Part shown: piece by piece, positions 44,491-54,025 of the stretch
Layout: the number at the start of each line of letters is the position of its first letter
Numbering within the stretch: position 1 is the stretch's first letter
Assembly: GCF_000142905.1 (NCBI RefSeq)
Contig: NW_013657665.1
Location: 248,001 to 312,000, forward strand
Length of the DNA stretch: 64,000 nucleotides
Reading direction: 5' to 3'
DNA from: Thecamonas trahens ATCC 50062
Lineage: Eukaryota > Protista > Apusomonadida
Made by a program: the position numbers and the translations under genes
Notes under the pieces: generated by a model
Seen by the model: only the letters and a program-made list of their open reading frames with translations
Databases searched by the model: none
Told to the model about the DNA's origin: nothing

Positions 44491-45071
44491 AGAGAGAACA
44501 GAAACAGATACAGTGTGTGGAGTGGTATGGGCTATGCGCGTGTGCTAGAGTGGAGTGGAGTAATGGTTGTAGTGGTGGCCGGGGTCGTGCTGTGGTTGTG
44601 GTCGTCGTGGCTGGTCCGTAGCTGCGGGAGCAAGTGGGTGAGTGGAGGACGTGGCACCACGTGAGCCCAGAGCTCCCCCAGGCAAGACGGCCACCAATCA
44701 AACACCACATGGCCAACATCAATTGCGATGACATCCATCGACATCAAGGCCATGATGCCGCCTATAGCCAAAGCCCACCAGGACTATGTGGCGTTCTGAT
44801 CTTAAAAAATAAGCTACTGTACATCGGACCAGAGAAGCCACCGAGTGTGATCAGTGGGTGTTGGCTGGGCGGGCGGGAGGAGGTGGCGGGGTGAGTGGCG
44901 GGGGGGGGGGGGGGGGGAGGCCGTCTGTCTATGTCGGGTTGCTGACGGGATCATCACCGCCCTCCACGACGACCACCTTCCCGCCCGTCTTCCTCCCTCT
45001 CTCACGGCCACCTTCGCCCACCACCACCACCACCACCATTTCACTCACCTCACTCTCTTCCTCCATAACCT

Positions 45072-46016
45072 ATGCTCGCTGTGGCCACGGGGAGACTGAC
45101 GCGGCTATGCGCCCTGCCGCGCTGTCGACTCGCGCCAGCCGTCACCAAGCCTGCCATCAGCGCCACGCCTGCTGCCACCGCCGTTGCGTCTGCTGATGCG
45201 AGCATTGCGGCTGCGGAATCAAGACGTTGGGCATCGGCGCCGGCGGCCGATCACGATTCAGCAGTCGAGGTGCTGAAGACAGACATCATCAACGCCGCGC
45301 TGGAGGCTGTGCCGAGACTTGGCTTTACTCGCGAGGCCGTCCGCGCTGGCGTGGCCTCGATGGGATACGCTCCGACGCTGGAGGCCATTTTCCCCCGCGG
45401 TGGGGGTGACCTCTTTGATGCCTTTGCTCGGAGATGCAACGTCGTCCTTGCCCGCCATCTCCGCGCAGAGATCGACTCGGACGCTCCGCCCGAGCGCCGC
45501 CTCGCCGCCGCCATCCGCATCCGCCTCGAGCCACACGCCCGGTTCTCGTCCGATGTCATGGCGGCTGCGCTTGCTCAGCAGGTGGCTGTCCCGGAGAACG
45601 TGGCACCTGCAGCGCGCGAGCTCGCGCTCATGGCAGACGAGATCGCGCGTGGAGTCGCCTGGCCTCTCCACGTGCCTGGCGCGGACGGGCATGGGAAGCC
45701 CGGCAGCACCGATGCTCGCACCCACGCACGCAGCGTTGCAGAGTGGAGCCAGCGGAGGATGGCGGTTGCTGGCGTCTACGCTCTGTCACAAACGTACATG
45801 CTCGCCGATCCGTCGGCGCACCACGCGGATACCTGGGCCTTTGTCGACCGCTGGTCCGCCAAGGCCGTGGCCTCAACCGAGACCTCACAGGCCTGGCTCG
45901 ACGTCCTCGGCCCGACTCTCGGCTCGTGGTGGCACTCGCTCCACGTGCCCATCGCCAACGCCCCGCCAGCCGCCGTCGAGACCAGCGCGCGTCCGGCAGC
46001 CAGCGTGGAGCTGTAA
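45072..46016 (+). CDS. COQ9: Ubiquinone biosynthesis protein COQ9
   Basis: Mitochondrial presequence; IINAALEAVPRLGF, IFPRGGGDL, MADEI, WSQRRMAVAGVY, MLADPSAHHADTWAFVDR. Confidence 0.85.
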   Translation: MLAVATGRLTRLCALPRCRLAPAVTKPAISATPAATAVASADASIAAAESRRWASAPAADHDSAVEVLKTDIINAALEAVPRLGFTREAVRAGVASMGYAPTLEAIFPRGGGDLFDAFARRCNVVLARHLRAEIDSDAPPERRLAAAIRIRLEPHARFSSDVMAAALAQQVAVPENVAPAARELALMADEIARGVAWPLHVPGADGHGKPGSTDARTHARSVAEWSQRRMAVAGVYALSQTYMLADPSAHHADTWAFVDRWSAKAVASTETSQAWLDVLGPTLGSWWHSLHVPIANAPPAAVETSARPAASVEL

Positions 46017-46079
46017 ACACCTCACCCTTCAGCTGGCCGCTCCACTCACTGCACAGCTCTCAGTCCTCTCTTGCTGCCC

Positions 46080-46760
46080 ATGGCCGACTGCTCTCCCGTC
46101 GCGTCACAACTCGACGAGTTGGTTCATGTACTGTTGTCTGGCGAGTCCGTGGCCGCCGGAGGGAGTGCAGTTGAGCGTACCGTCGAGTCTCTCAGCGCCA
46201 TGGTCAACGAAGCTTATGCCGAGGCCGATGCCTTCTTCCTCACCGGCCCGCGTACTTCTGTGAACGAGTTGCTGGCCCGGATGGCGACAAGCGGATGCGA
46301 AACCCATGTCTGGCGCGAGGGAGGCGGGGGCGATGCTTCGATCGTGGCCTGCGGCTGGATCGGTCCGCAGGGCCCGCCCGAGGACGATGGCACTGCTTGG
46401 CGCTCGGTCGGCCTGTTAGCGGTGGCGGTGAAGTGGCAAGGCCAGGGACTCGCATCGCGGGTAATGGATACTCTCGAGGCAGCAGCAAGTGAGACTGGTT
46501 CCGGCATCGAGATCTGCGTTGTATCAGTCAAGCCCTGGCTGGTGGCGTGGTACGCGTCGCGCGGCTTTGTGGCCACCGGCGAAGTCCGCGAGTGGCCAGA
46601 CGGGCCAGAGCACGACGGGCGCGACGGGACGGCTGACGGATGTATGCGACTCAGGTCAGAGGCGCAGGTCGAAGTTGAGATGCGCAGAGGGAAGTGGGCT
46701 CGGGAGTGGGCTGGCAGCTGGCATCGGTGTGGCTTTGTGGTCATGCGGCGCGAGTCATGA
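46080..46760 (+). CDS. GNAT-family acetyltransferase
   Basis: MVNEAY, VGLLAVAVKWQGQGLASRVM (acetyl-CoA motif A), LVAWYASRGFVATGE. Confidence 0.85.
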   Translation: MADCSPVASQLDELVHVLLSGESVAAGGSAVERTVESLSAMVNEAYAEADAFFLTGPRTSVNELLARMATSGCETHVWREGGGGDASIVACGWIGPQGPPEDDGTAWRSVGLLAVAVKWQGQGLASRVMDTLEAAASETGSGIEICVVSVKPWLVAWYASRGFVATGEVREWPDGPEHDGRDGTADGCMRLRSEAQVEVEMRRGKWAREWAGSWHRCGFVVMRRES

Positions 46761-48977
46761 TGACGCCGAACCCGAGTCGGACGCCGGAGCGAGCTCCTCG
46801 CGCGGCTGGATGGCCCGCAGCTGGGCCTCGAGAAGAGCAGCCTTAAGCCTGCGATTCTCGGCGGCAAGCGCGCGGTGGTCGGCCCAGAGCGAGCGAACGT
46901 CGGCGAGGGTGAGTTCATCGGGCGACGCCACCGCCAAAAGTGCTGCCCGGAGCTCGCCCGGTGGGCTGGTTACTCCCAGCGGGGTGGCACTCGGCGAGGT
47001 TGCAGTGGAGGTGGGAGCAATTGCAGGTGAAGCGGTGGCGCCCGCGGTGGGCGACGGCATGTCAAACAACTTGTTGGTCCGCGGCGAGTCGACTGCAAAG
47101 ATGATGTTGCCCTCGTCATCGGTCCGGAGACGCGGTCCCTTGGCAGACGGCGCGGCTTCAGCCTGCGGGTGGGCATCGGTTTCGGCAGGCGGAGGGTTGT
47201 CACCCGGCTGGAGATCAAGCGGCGGCGGGCGAGCCCACGGGACCGAGAGCGGAGACGACGGAATGAGCGGCGGCGGGTGGGCCGATGCGTCGTCGGCAGC
47301 GTCGCCCATGTCGATGAGTGAGGTAACGAGCGGGACCGACGGCGTGTCCGGGGCTGGGCTGTTTGCGGCTGAGAGGGGGTCGGGCAGCTGGCGGCGCGGC
47401 GGCGAACGCGGAGCCGACGACGGACTCGGGGCCGGGGCGGCGGCCATGGCGGCGTCAAACTCTTCGGCGGTCATGTTGAGCTGGGAGGGCTTGCAGTTCT
47501 CCAGAAAGGTGATGGCCGAGACAAGGTTGGTAAAGTAGTAGCCGGACTCGCCGTTGAGCGCGACAGGCGAGCGGAAGCGCGAGATGTAGTCGCAGTTAGA
47601 GTGCATGGCGCGGGCGTTGGCGCGGAGCACCACATAAATGAGGAGCGGAAGAAACTCGTCGGCACCTGCAGGGGTGGACGAGCCGTGGGCAAGGATGTTG
47701 AAAATGACCTTACAGCAGTTGAGGACGCAGACGAGCTTGTCGCGTGGCGCCTTGTAGTGCGACATCTTGGCGAGCTCATTGGCAGCGAGCTTGATGGCCG
47801 ACTCGTTGCAGAGCTCTGGCTTGATGTCGAGGTGGTGTGGGCGGAGGAAGGTAGCAAGGGCTTTGATGTGTGCAGCGAGTGCAGCATCGCGTTCGGCGTC
47901 AGTGTCGCCTCCGGGGCGGAACGCCTTGGCGTACAGCTTGGTCATGACGTACTTTTCCAGACCCTCGCGGGCATTGGCAAATTCGGCCGGCGAAGTCTCG
48001 CTCCACATTGGATGCGCAACCATGAGCGAGGCCGTGGACTCGAGGAAGGACCGTACCGTCTCAGACATGAGTCGCGGCGGCGGCGGCGCCCGACGAAAGT
48101 TGCCGACAAACGCCTTGACCGTGTTGAAGACCTCAAAGGCCGACGGGTGCTGGAGCTGGGCGAGAAAGGCCTGAAAGTCAAGGCTCGTCGGCGTGGAAGA
48201 GCCCAGTGCCGACGACGCCGATGCCGACTCGGTGCCCGCGGCCGAGAGCGGGTCATGATCCGGCGACGGCGGGGACGCAGCTGCGACGGATGCGCTCGCA
48301 GGAGTTGAACGCGTCTTGAGTGCCGCTGCCGCCAGCTTGTGCGGGCGAAAGTCGCGGAGAAAGTTGGCGACTGACGTGGCAAGCGCAGAGTGGGTCCGAG
48401 GGGATGATACAGCCGAAGTACGGACGTCTGGGGCACCTGCCACAACTCCGGGCGCAACCACGTGCTTGGCCCACGAGCAGCCGTCAAAGACGAGCGGATG
48501 GGCCGTGATGTAAATGTCGATTTCGCGGCCGGCGAGGACGACTGAGGCGATGCGGAGGAGCTGGACCGAGAGGATCTCGGTCTGATCGGCAAGGACCTCG
48601 AGCGGAGTCTCATACAGCGGCCAGGCAAAGACCGACCGCGGATCGGTGGCAAAGGCCTCGACGGCGTCCGGATCCGAGAGTGGAGGGGTAAAGGTCAGCA
48701 GCTCCGAGTACGACGCGTTGAGCGAGCCGGGCAGGCCGTTGAGCGAGACAAACTGGGACGGATTGGCCGGGTTGAGATAGACCACATGCGACTGGATGAA
48801 CTGAACAGGGAGAGGGGTTGGCAGTGGTTCCAGCGAGACGCCCTGTGGCACAATGAGCATGGTCGCGCGGTCGGTCGCCAGCACTTCCACCACGTCGCCC
48901 AGTCGCGGCGAGGTGGCCAGCTCACGGAGGAATCGATTCGTGCTCTTTTCGTGCTCTACAAACTTGGAGACCGACAT
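46755..48977 (-). CDS. VPS9: VPS9-domain Rab5 GEF (Rabex-5/Vps9-like)
   Basis: EGLEKYVMTKLY, KAPRDKLVCVLNCCKVI, GADEFLPLLIYVVL, GESGYYFTNLVSAITF. Confidence 0.92.
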   Translation of the reverse strand: MSVSKFVEHEKSTNRFLRELATSPRLGDVVEVLATDRATMLIVPQGVSLEPLPTPLPVQFIQSHVVYLNPANPSQFVSLNGLPGSLNASYSELLTFTPPLSDPDAVEAFATDPRSVFAWPLYETPLEVLADQTEILSVQLLRIASVVLAGREIDIYITAHPLVFDGCSWAKHVVAPGVVAGAPDVRTSAVSSPRTHSALATSVANFLRDFRPHKLAAAALKTRSTPASASVAAASPPSPDHDPLSAAGTESASASSALGSSTPTSLDFQAFLAQLQHPSAFEVFNTVKAFVGNFRRAPPPPRLMSETVRSFLESTASLMVAHPMWSETSPAEFANAREGLEKYVMTKLYAKAFRPGGDTDAERDAALAAHIKALATFLRPHHLDIKPELCNESAIKLAANELAKMSHYKAPRDKLVCVLNCCKVIFNILAHGSSTPAGADEFLPLLIYVVLRANARAMHSNCDYISRFRSPVALNGESGYYFTNLVSAITFLENCKPSQLNMTAEEFDAAMAAAPAPSPSSAPRSPPRRQLPDPLSAANSPAPDTPSVPLVTSLIDMGDAADDASAHPPPLIPSSPLSVPWARPPPLDLQPGDNPPPAETDAHPQAEAAPSAKGPRLRTDDEGNIIFAVDSPRTNKLFDMPSPTAGATASPAIAPTSTATSPSATPLGVTSPPGELRAALLAVASPDELTLADVRSLWADHRALAAENRRLKAALLEAQLRAIQPREELAPASDSGSASS

Positions 48978-49185
48978 GGCGAGGATGTACCCGTGGTGGT
49001 GGTAGTGGTGGTGGTGGTGGTGGTGGAGTGTGTGGAGTGTGCGAGTGCTGGGGAGAAGGGCGGGGGAGTCGAGTGTGGAAGAGCAGGTGTTCGCGCGTGT
49101 GTGTCACACCGCCGAAAGGCGCGCGCGAGAGAGAGTGTGTGAGAGAGGATTGGCGAGCGGCGATGTGACGGACACGGTCCGACCG

Positions 49186-49227
49186 CATCCATCTGAAACA
49201 ACGGCGGTTGTTTGTTTCAGATGGATG
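49186..49227. other. Perfect 15-bp inverted repeat (hairpin) overlapping the LRR gene stop codon
   Basis: CATCCATCTGAAACA (49186-49200), 12-nt loop, TGTTTCAGATGGATG (49213-49227). Confidence 0.9.
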
Positions 49228-50257
49228 TGGAAGCAGGTGTGGTGTCAGGAGGGATAGGCTGGGCAGCGGCGACGGCGGCGGCAATGTCAGCGGCTCGCGA
49301 CGGAGATGGCGCGTCGTTGACAACCGAGACCACGCGGTTTCCGGCATCGGTGACGCAAGGCAGCCGGAAGAGGTTAAAGCGCGCAAGTTGGGGCGCTTGG
49401 GATGCGAGGGCACAGATTCCAGCATCAGTGACCGCCTTGGCACCAGTGAGGCCGATCTCGACAAGCTCCGATGCACAGAGCGATGGGCCAGAGAGGAGAG
49501 CGGCCAGCCCGGCATCGGACACCGCCGAGTAAGCGAGGTTGAGGTTGGCCAGAGGGAGAACGGCGAGGGCGGCGACGCCGGCGTCAGTAATGGCATGCGA
49601 GAGGGTGCAGAGCGAGGTGAGCTGCGGGCAGCCGGCTGCAAGCGCAACGAGGCCGGCGTCAGTCACGCCGTGAACGCGCTCGACATGGAGGGAAGTGAGA
49701 CTGGGCGCATGCTCGGCGAGGGCAAGCAAGACGGCGTCGGTGAGCTTGGAGCATCGGGTGATGTTGAGACTTGTGAGGCCAGGCGCAGCTGAAAGGAGCG
49801 GGATAAGTGCGGCGTCGGTGATGCGGTCCAGATATTCGAGGGTGAGCGTGGTGAGCGAGGGCAGCGGCGTCAGCGCTCGGAGCCCACGGGGCCCGACACT
49901 AGCGCAACCGTAGAGATTGAGCTCCTCCAGCTGAGCAAGCGGCGCCAGCTCGGCGGCGTCATCATCGGAGAACGAGTCGCAGCTGTAGGCAACAAACGAG
50001 ATGAGATCTGGCCAAGAAGCGACTGCCGTGGCGATGCCTGGTGCGGTGATGCCCGAGATTGACCAGAGCCTGAGCGCCTTGAGCGAGGGGCAGGCAGCGG
50101 CGACGACAGCGGCCTCGGGTGCGCCCCAGTGGCTTGGCGGTGCAACATTGACGGCGGCAGGCTGTTCTGTCGCTGTGCTAGAGTCGAGGCTGGCGACAAA
50201 GGCAGCGTTATCGCCGTCGTAGAGTGTTGACGGGCCGACGTCAAGATGGTTGGCCAT
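49217..50257 (-). CDS. Cysteine-containing (AMN1/FBXL-type) leucine-rich-repeat protein
   Basis: Repeats LEELNLYGCASVG, LTSLNITRCSKLTD, VTDAGLVALAAGCPQL. Confidence 0.85.
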   Translation of the reverse strand: MANHLDVGPSTLYDGDNAAFVASLDSSTATEQPAAVNVAPPSHWGAPEAAVVAAACPSLKALRLWSISGITAPGIATAVASWPDLISFVAYSCDSFSDDDAAELAPLAQLEELNLYGCASVGPRGLRALTPLPSLTTLTLEYLDRITDAALIPLLSAAPGLTSLNITRCSKLTDAVLLALAEHAPSLTSLHVERVHGVTDAGLVALAAGCPQLTSLCTLSHAITDAGVAALAVLPLANLNLAYSAVSDAGLAALLSGPSLCASELVEIGLTGAKAVTDAGICALASQAPQLARFNLFRLPCVTDAGNRVVSVVNDAPSPSRAADIAAAVAAAQPIPPDTTPASTSI

Positions 50258-50332
50258 GGCTGAGAGTGGAGCAGGACGACAAGTGGGTGGCCATGGCACT
50301 CGGGTGGCGGTATTTACCGGCCCGCGATCGCC

Positions 50333-51913
50333 TCAAGCGCCGGTGGGGCGTGAAAGAAGGGCTTTGCGGAGGAGCTTGCGGAGGGCGGCGTGGGCAAGGG
50401 TGAGGGCGATGGCAAGGAAGAGAAGGCACCACACGTACCAGGCAACGAGGAGGAGCATCGAGGTACGGTAGGAGCCGGTGGCAGAGATGACGGCGCCAAT
50501 GATGACCGGTGACGGCATGTCGCCGAGGAGGTGGATGCACATGATGGACATTGACATGGCGAGTGTGCGGTAGTACTCGGAGACGGCCGAGAGAAGGGCA
50601 CCGTTGATGGGCCCGGTGATGGCAAAGAGCAGGAGCTCAGCAATGACGAGGAGGCCAAAAAACATCTTGGCGGTGTTGACCCAAAAGGCAAAGAAGAGCG
50701 GCGGAACGGCGAGGAGGGCGTAAATGAGGGTGAACTTGATCTGCAGCGCGGCGCCGGCCATGCCCTTGACACCACCGCGGCGCTTGGCGACGGCGTCTAC
50801 GATGATGCCACCCGCGGCAGTGCCGACGAGGCCGCAGCCGACGGTGATGGTGCCAAGGCCAAAGGTGGCATCGTCGAGCGACATGTCGAACCGCTTCTGC
50901 ACAAAGGTCGGCGCCCAGTATGCGAGGCCGCCAAAGACAAAGGTGTACGCAGCGTAGGCGAGACAGATGCAGCCGTAGACCGGGTTGGTTAAGACCGTCC
51001 AAAAGTCCTGCGCAAAGGTCGACTCGGCGTCGGCCGCAGACTCAGCAGAGTGTGCGGCGGCGGCGCTACGGTTGCCGAGCGAGCCGGTGCGGGTCTGAGC
51101 GGCGCCAGCGAGTAGTGGCGCACGCTCGGCGGCGGCACCGGCGCTGGCGCTGTCGTCGGATGGGTTGAGCGAGCCTTCAAACGGCGAGACAATGGTGGGG
51201 TCGACATCGGGCGCGGCGACCCTAATTGACTTGTCTTTGGACGTCGAGGTGTACGGAAGGAGCAGGATGCCGAGCGCAAACGGGAGCATGGCCATGGACT
51301 CGGTGAGGAAGACCCAGCGCCAGGAGAGGCCGGCCTGGCGGGTGATCACGCCCGAGCCAATGTAGCCGAGGCCAGCGCCGATGGGGATGGCTGCAAAGAA
51401 GATGGAGAGCCAGACCGTCCGCTGCTTGGGCGGGGCAATGTCGTCGATCATGGTAGGCGAGATGCCGCAGAACGAGGCCTCGCCCACGCCCGTGAGCGAG
51501 CGGGCAATGACCAGTTGGACGTAGCTTGGCGCAAGGCCCGAGTACGCTGTTGCGCCACACCAGATGAGCAGGCCGATGCAGAGGAGATAGGTCGGACGGA
51601 CAGTGTGCACATACTTGGCAAAGATGAGCGAGGCGAGCATAAAGCCGACCATAAAGACCGAGCCGAGGAGGCCGCCTCGTGTCGAGTCGAGGTCAAAGTG
51701 GTTCTCGATGTCAAGGAGGAGGGCAGCAATGACGCCGCGGTCGTAGTATGTCAGCAGATTGACGACAGTGAGGAAGAAGAACACCATCCGCCGACCAAAG
51801 AACCTCTGCCGCGTGGTCTTCTCGCTCGACGGAAGGTCAAAGTACAGCCCAGCGCCGTTGCCCGTCCCGCCGCCTGCTGCTCCGCCTGCCCCTGCTCCAC
51901 GTCCGGAGCCCAT
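50333..51913 (-). CDS. SPNS: Spinster-family MFS transporter
   Basis: VNLLTYYDRGVIA, ARSLTGVGEASF, PTMIDDIAP, AIPIGAGLGY, IHLLGDMPSPVIIG. ATG at 51913. Confidence 0.92.
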   Translation of the reverse strand: MGSGRGAGAGGAAGGGTGNGAGLYFDLPSSEKTTRQRFFGRRMVFFFLTVVNLLTYYDRGVIAALLLDIENHFDLDSTRGGLLGSVFMVGFMLASLIFAKYVHTVRPTYLLCIGLLIWCGATAYSGLAPSYVQLVIARSLTGVGEASFCGISPTMIDDIAPPKQRTVWLSIFFAAIPIGAGLGYIGSGVITRQAGLSWRWVFLTESMAMLPFALGILLLPYTSTSKDKSIRVAAPDVDPTIVSPFEGSLNPSDDSASAGAAAERAPLLAGAAQTRTGSLGNRSAAAAHSAESAADAESTFAQDFWTVLTNPVYGCICLAYAAYTFVFGGLAYWAPTFVQKRFDMSLDDATFGLGTITVGCGLVGTAAGGIIVDAVAKRRGGVKGMAGAALQIKFTLIYALLAVPPLFFAFWVNTAKMFFGLLVIAELLLFAITGPINGALLSAVSEYYRTLAMSMSIMCIHLLGDMPSPVIIGAVISATGSYRTSMLLLVAWYVWCLLFLAIALTLAHAALRKLLRKALLSRPTGA

Positions 51914-52130
51914 GACTGAGTAGGTGTCGAGGGGAGTGAGCTGGGGTGGTGGGGGGTGAGAAGGTGTACTCCAGTGAGGTGTGGCTATGGGTGGGTGTGG
52001 GTGCGGCCGGCGGTCGGTGTGGGTGGCGCAAGCGAGCAAGTTGGCCGAGCGGCGGTTGCTTGGTCGCTGGTTGCTGCAAAGGCGGGCACGGCGTGGAATC
52101 GAGAGCTTTAGGTGATGGTGATGGTGGTGG

Positions 52131-53389
52131 TCAGCTCGAGCTTGCGCTGGGACCGGCACAGGCATCAGATTCAGCATCAAGGTCGGCATCGGGGTCGGCA
52201 TCAGGGTCGGCATCAGGGTCAGTGGGCTCCTGGAAGCCAGGCGCACGGTCGCGAAGGACCTTGCGCTCGACATACTCAATGTGGAGAGTGTGGAGAGCTG
52301 CAGGGTCAGCGTCGTCGGCCTGGATGTGGAGCGGGTTGCCCGAGGCAAGGACCGAGGTAAGGACCATCCATGAGCCCATAGAGAGGTCGACGACGAGGCC
52401 GTCGCCTTGGAGGGCGATCGCATCGGCGGAAGCACCAGAGCGGAACGTCACGTAGCTGGCGCCACAGAGATGGGCTGTGGCGAGGCCGCGAACAGCCTCA
52501 GGCTCGGGCTCGAACCGGCCACCAGGCGTGGCGTGTCCACCGGCCTCGTAGTCAAAGCAGCCGGCAAGGACGATCGGGTCGAACATGCCGCCGGCCCGGA
52601 CAGCATCTTCGATGGTGTCGAGCGCGTCGTGTGGAACCAAGACGGTGCCAGTTCCCGAGGGCTCATCCACCCGGACCCGAAGCGATGGGATCACGACCGC
52701 GAGCGGAAGGTCTTGCGTGGCGGCCGCAGCATCGTCGACGGGTGCAGAGGCTGGTGCGGGACTGCTCGCACTGCGAAGATCAAACCACGGCGGGTACGGA
52801 TAGTGACCAACGCGCTCGCCCCGGCTGAGCAAGGGACGAAGCATGCCGACAGCACGGGCAGACGCAAGCTCGGCAGCATCAAGGGGGACAGCCTGCAGTG
52901 TCCGCCCGGTCGAGGGCAGCAGCGTGCCGGGAATCGGCTCTGGGAGCGTCAGCGCCATCGCAGCAAAATCTCCGAGAGCCGCTACTGTTTCGGTTCGTCC
53001 CAGCGCGCCTTGAGGCCAGACGAGCAGCTCATCGAGCGCCACCACTGAGCCCTCCCCAGCGTGGAGAGCAGCCATTGAGGGCGACGCGCCCAAAAGGCGA
53101 GCGCAGCCATCAGCGCCAGTGCAGCGTCCCTGCGGCACGGGACGGGAGCACCATCGCTGTCGGCAACGACTGCCATGACAAGATTGAAGCCGTTGACAAC
53201 ACCGTCAGGTGAGGTGGCGACCCAAGTGGTGGCGGCGGTGGTCGGGCCGTCGGTGGTGACCACCAGCTGCGAGGCATACTCAACGACAGGCACCGGGTCG
53301 AGACCTATAGCCTCAACGCCCGGAAGTGAACAGTTGTGTGTGGGCACCGGCTGTGCTTCACAGTCTTCTGTAGCCGCTTGTTCGGCCAT
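52131..53389 (-). CDS. Stand-alone SARA/endofin C-terminal-like (DUF3480) domain protein; frame break at about 53080-53095
   Basis: LLSRGERVGHYPYPPWFDLR and LCGASYVTF...GDGLVVDL resemble SARA LRLGAEYRLYPCPL and VTGASFFVF...EDGVMVQI. ORFs 52982-53389 and 52131-53138 join by a -1 shift. Confidence 0.6.
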
Positions 53390-54025
53390 GTGTATGTGTG
53401 TGTAGGCTGTGTGGAGAGTGTGGCGTAGTGAGGTAGTTGGGTGGCAGGTCAGGGAGGGGGGAGGATCACTTCAACGTGAACCATCGGTGGCTGTGGTGGC
53501 ACGGCTTTCCTTCCTTCCAACGTGTGTGGCTGAAGGCTTGCGGTGAGGGAGGCTTGGAAGACGACCACACAACTCGCAAGCAGGTATGGGAGTCAGGAGA
53601 AATGGAGAGGGGATAAAGGGGATGGCTAGTGTGGCTATGGTGGTTAGGGAGTAGGTGGTTCCTGTGCAGCCTCTCTCTCCCCCCCTCCCCCTCCCCTCCC
53701 AACCCCAACCCCGCTATGCGGGGCTGCTGTGTTTCGGTGGGCGTGGGGGGAGGTGGGGTTGGTGACACGCATTTTTCTTTCCCCTGGAAGGCTCGCGAAG
53801 GGAAGGGGGGGGGGGGGCATGGGGGCATAGGGCAGGAGGGGGGTAGCGCTTTTAGGCGGGTCACACTCATTGTTTGTGGTTGTCATGTTTGGCCGTGGGC
53901 GTCGGTATGGGCTTTGGGCGTTGATGGGTGTGGGTACGGGGGGTGGGCGTGGGCTTCGCCGGGGGGGGGGGGGGGGGCGGGTCGGCTTTGGGGCGGGTGT
54001 TCCACTGCCGCCTGCAGCCAGTTCG

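Noticed and set aside
50241-50294. Out-of-frame upstream ATG (MATHL...) duplicating the LRR start (MANHL...)
   Set aside because: It could be a uORF or a small duplication, but it is too short to support.
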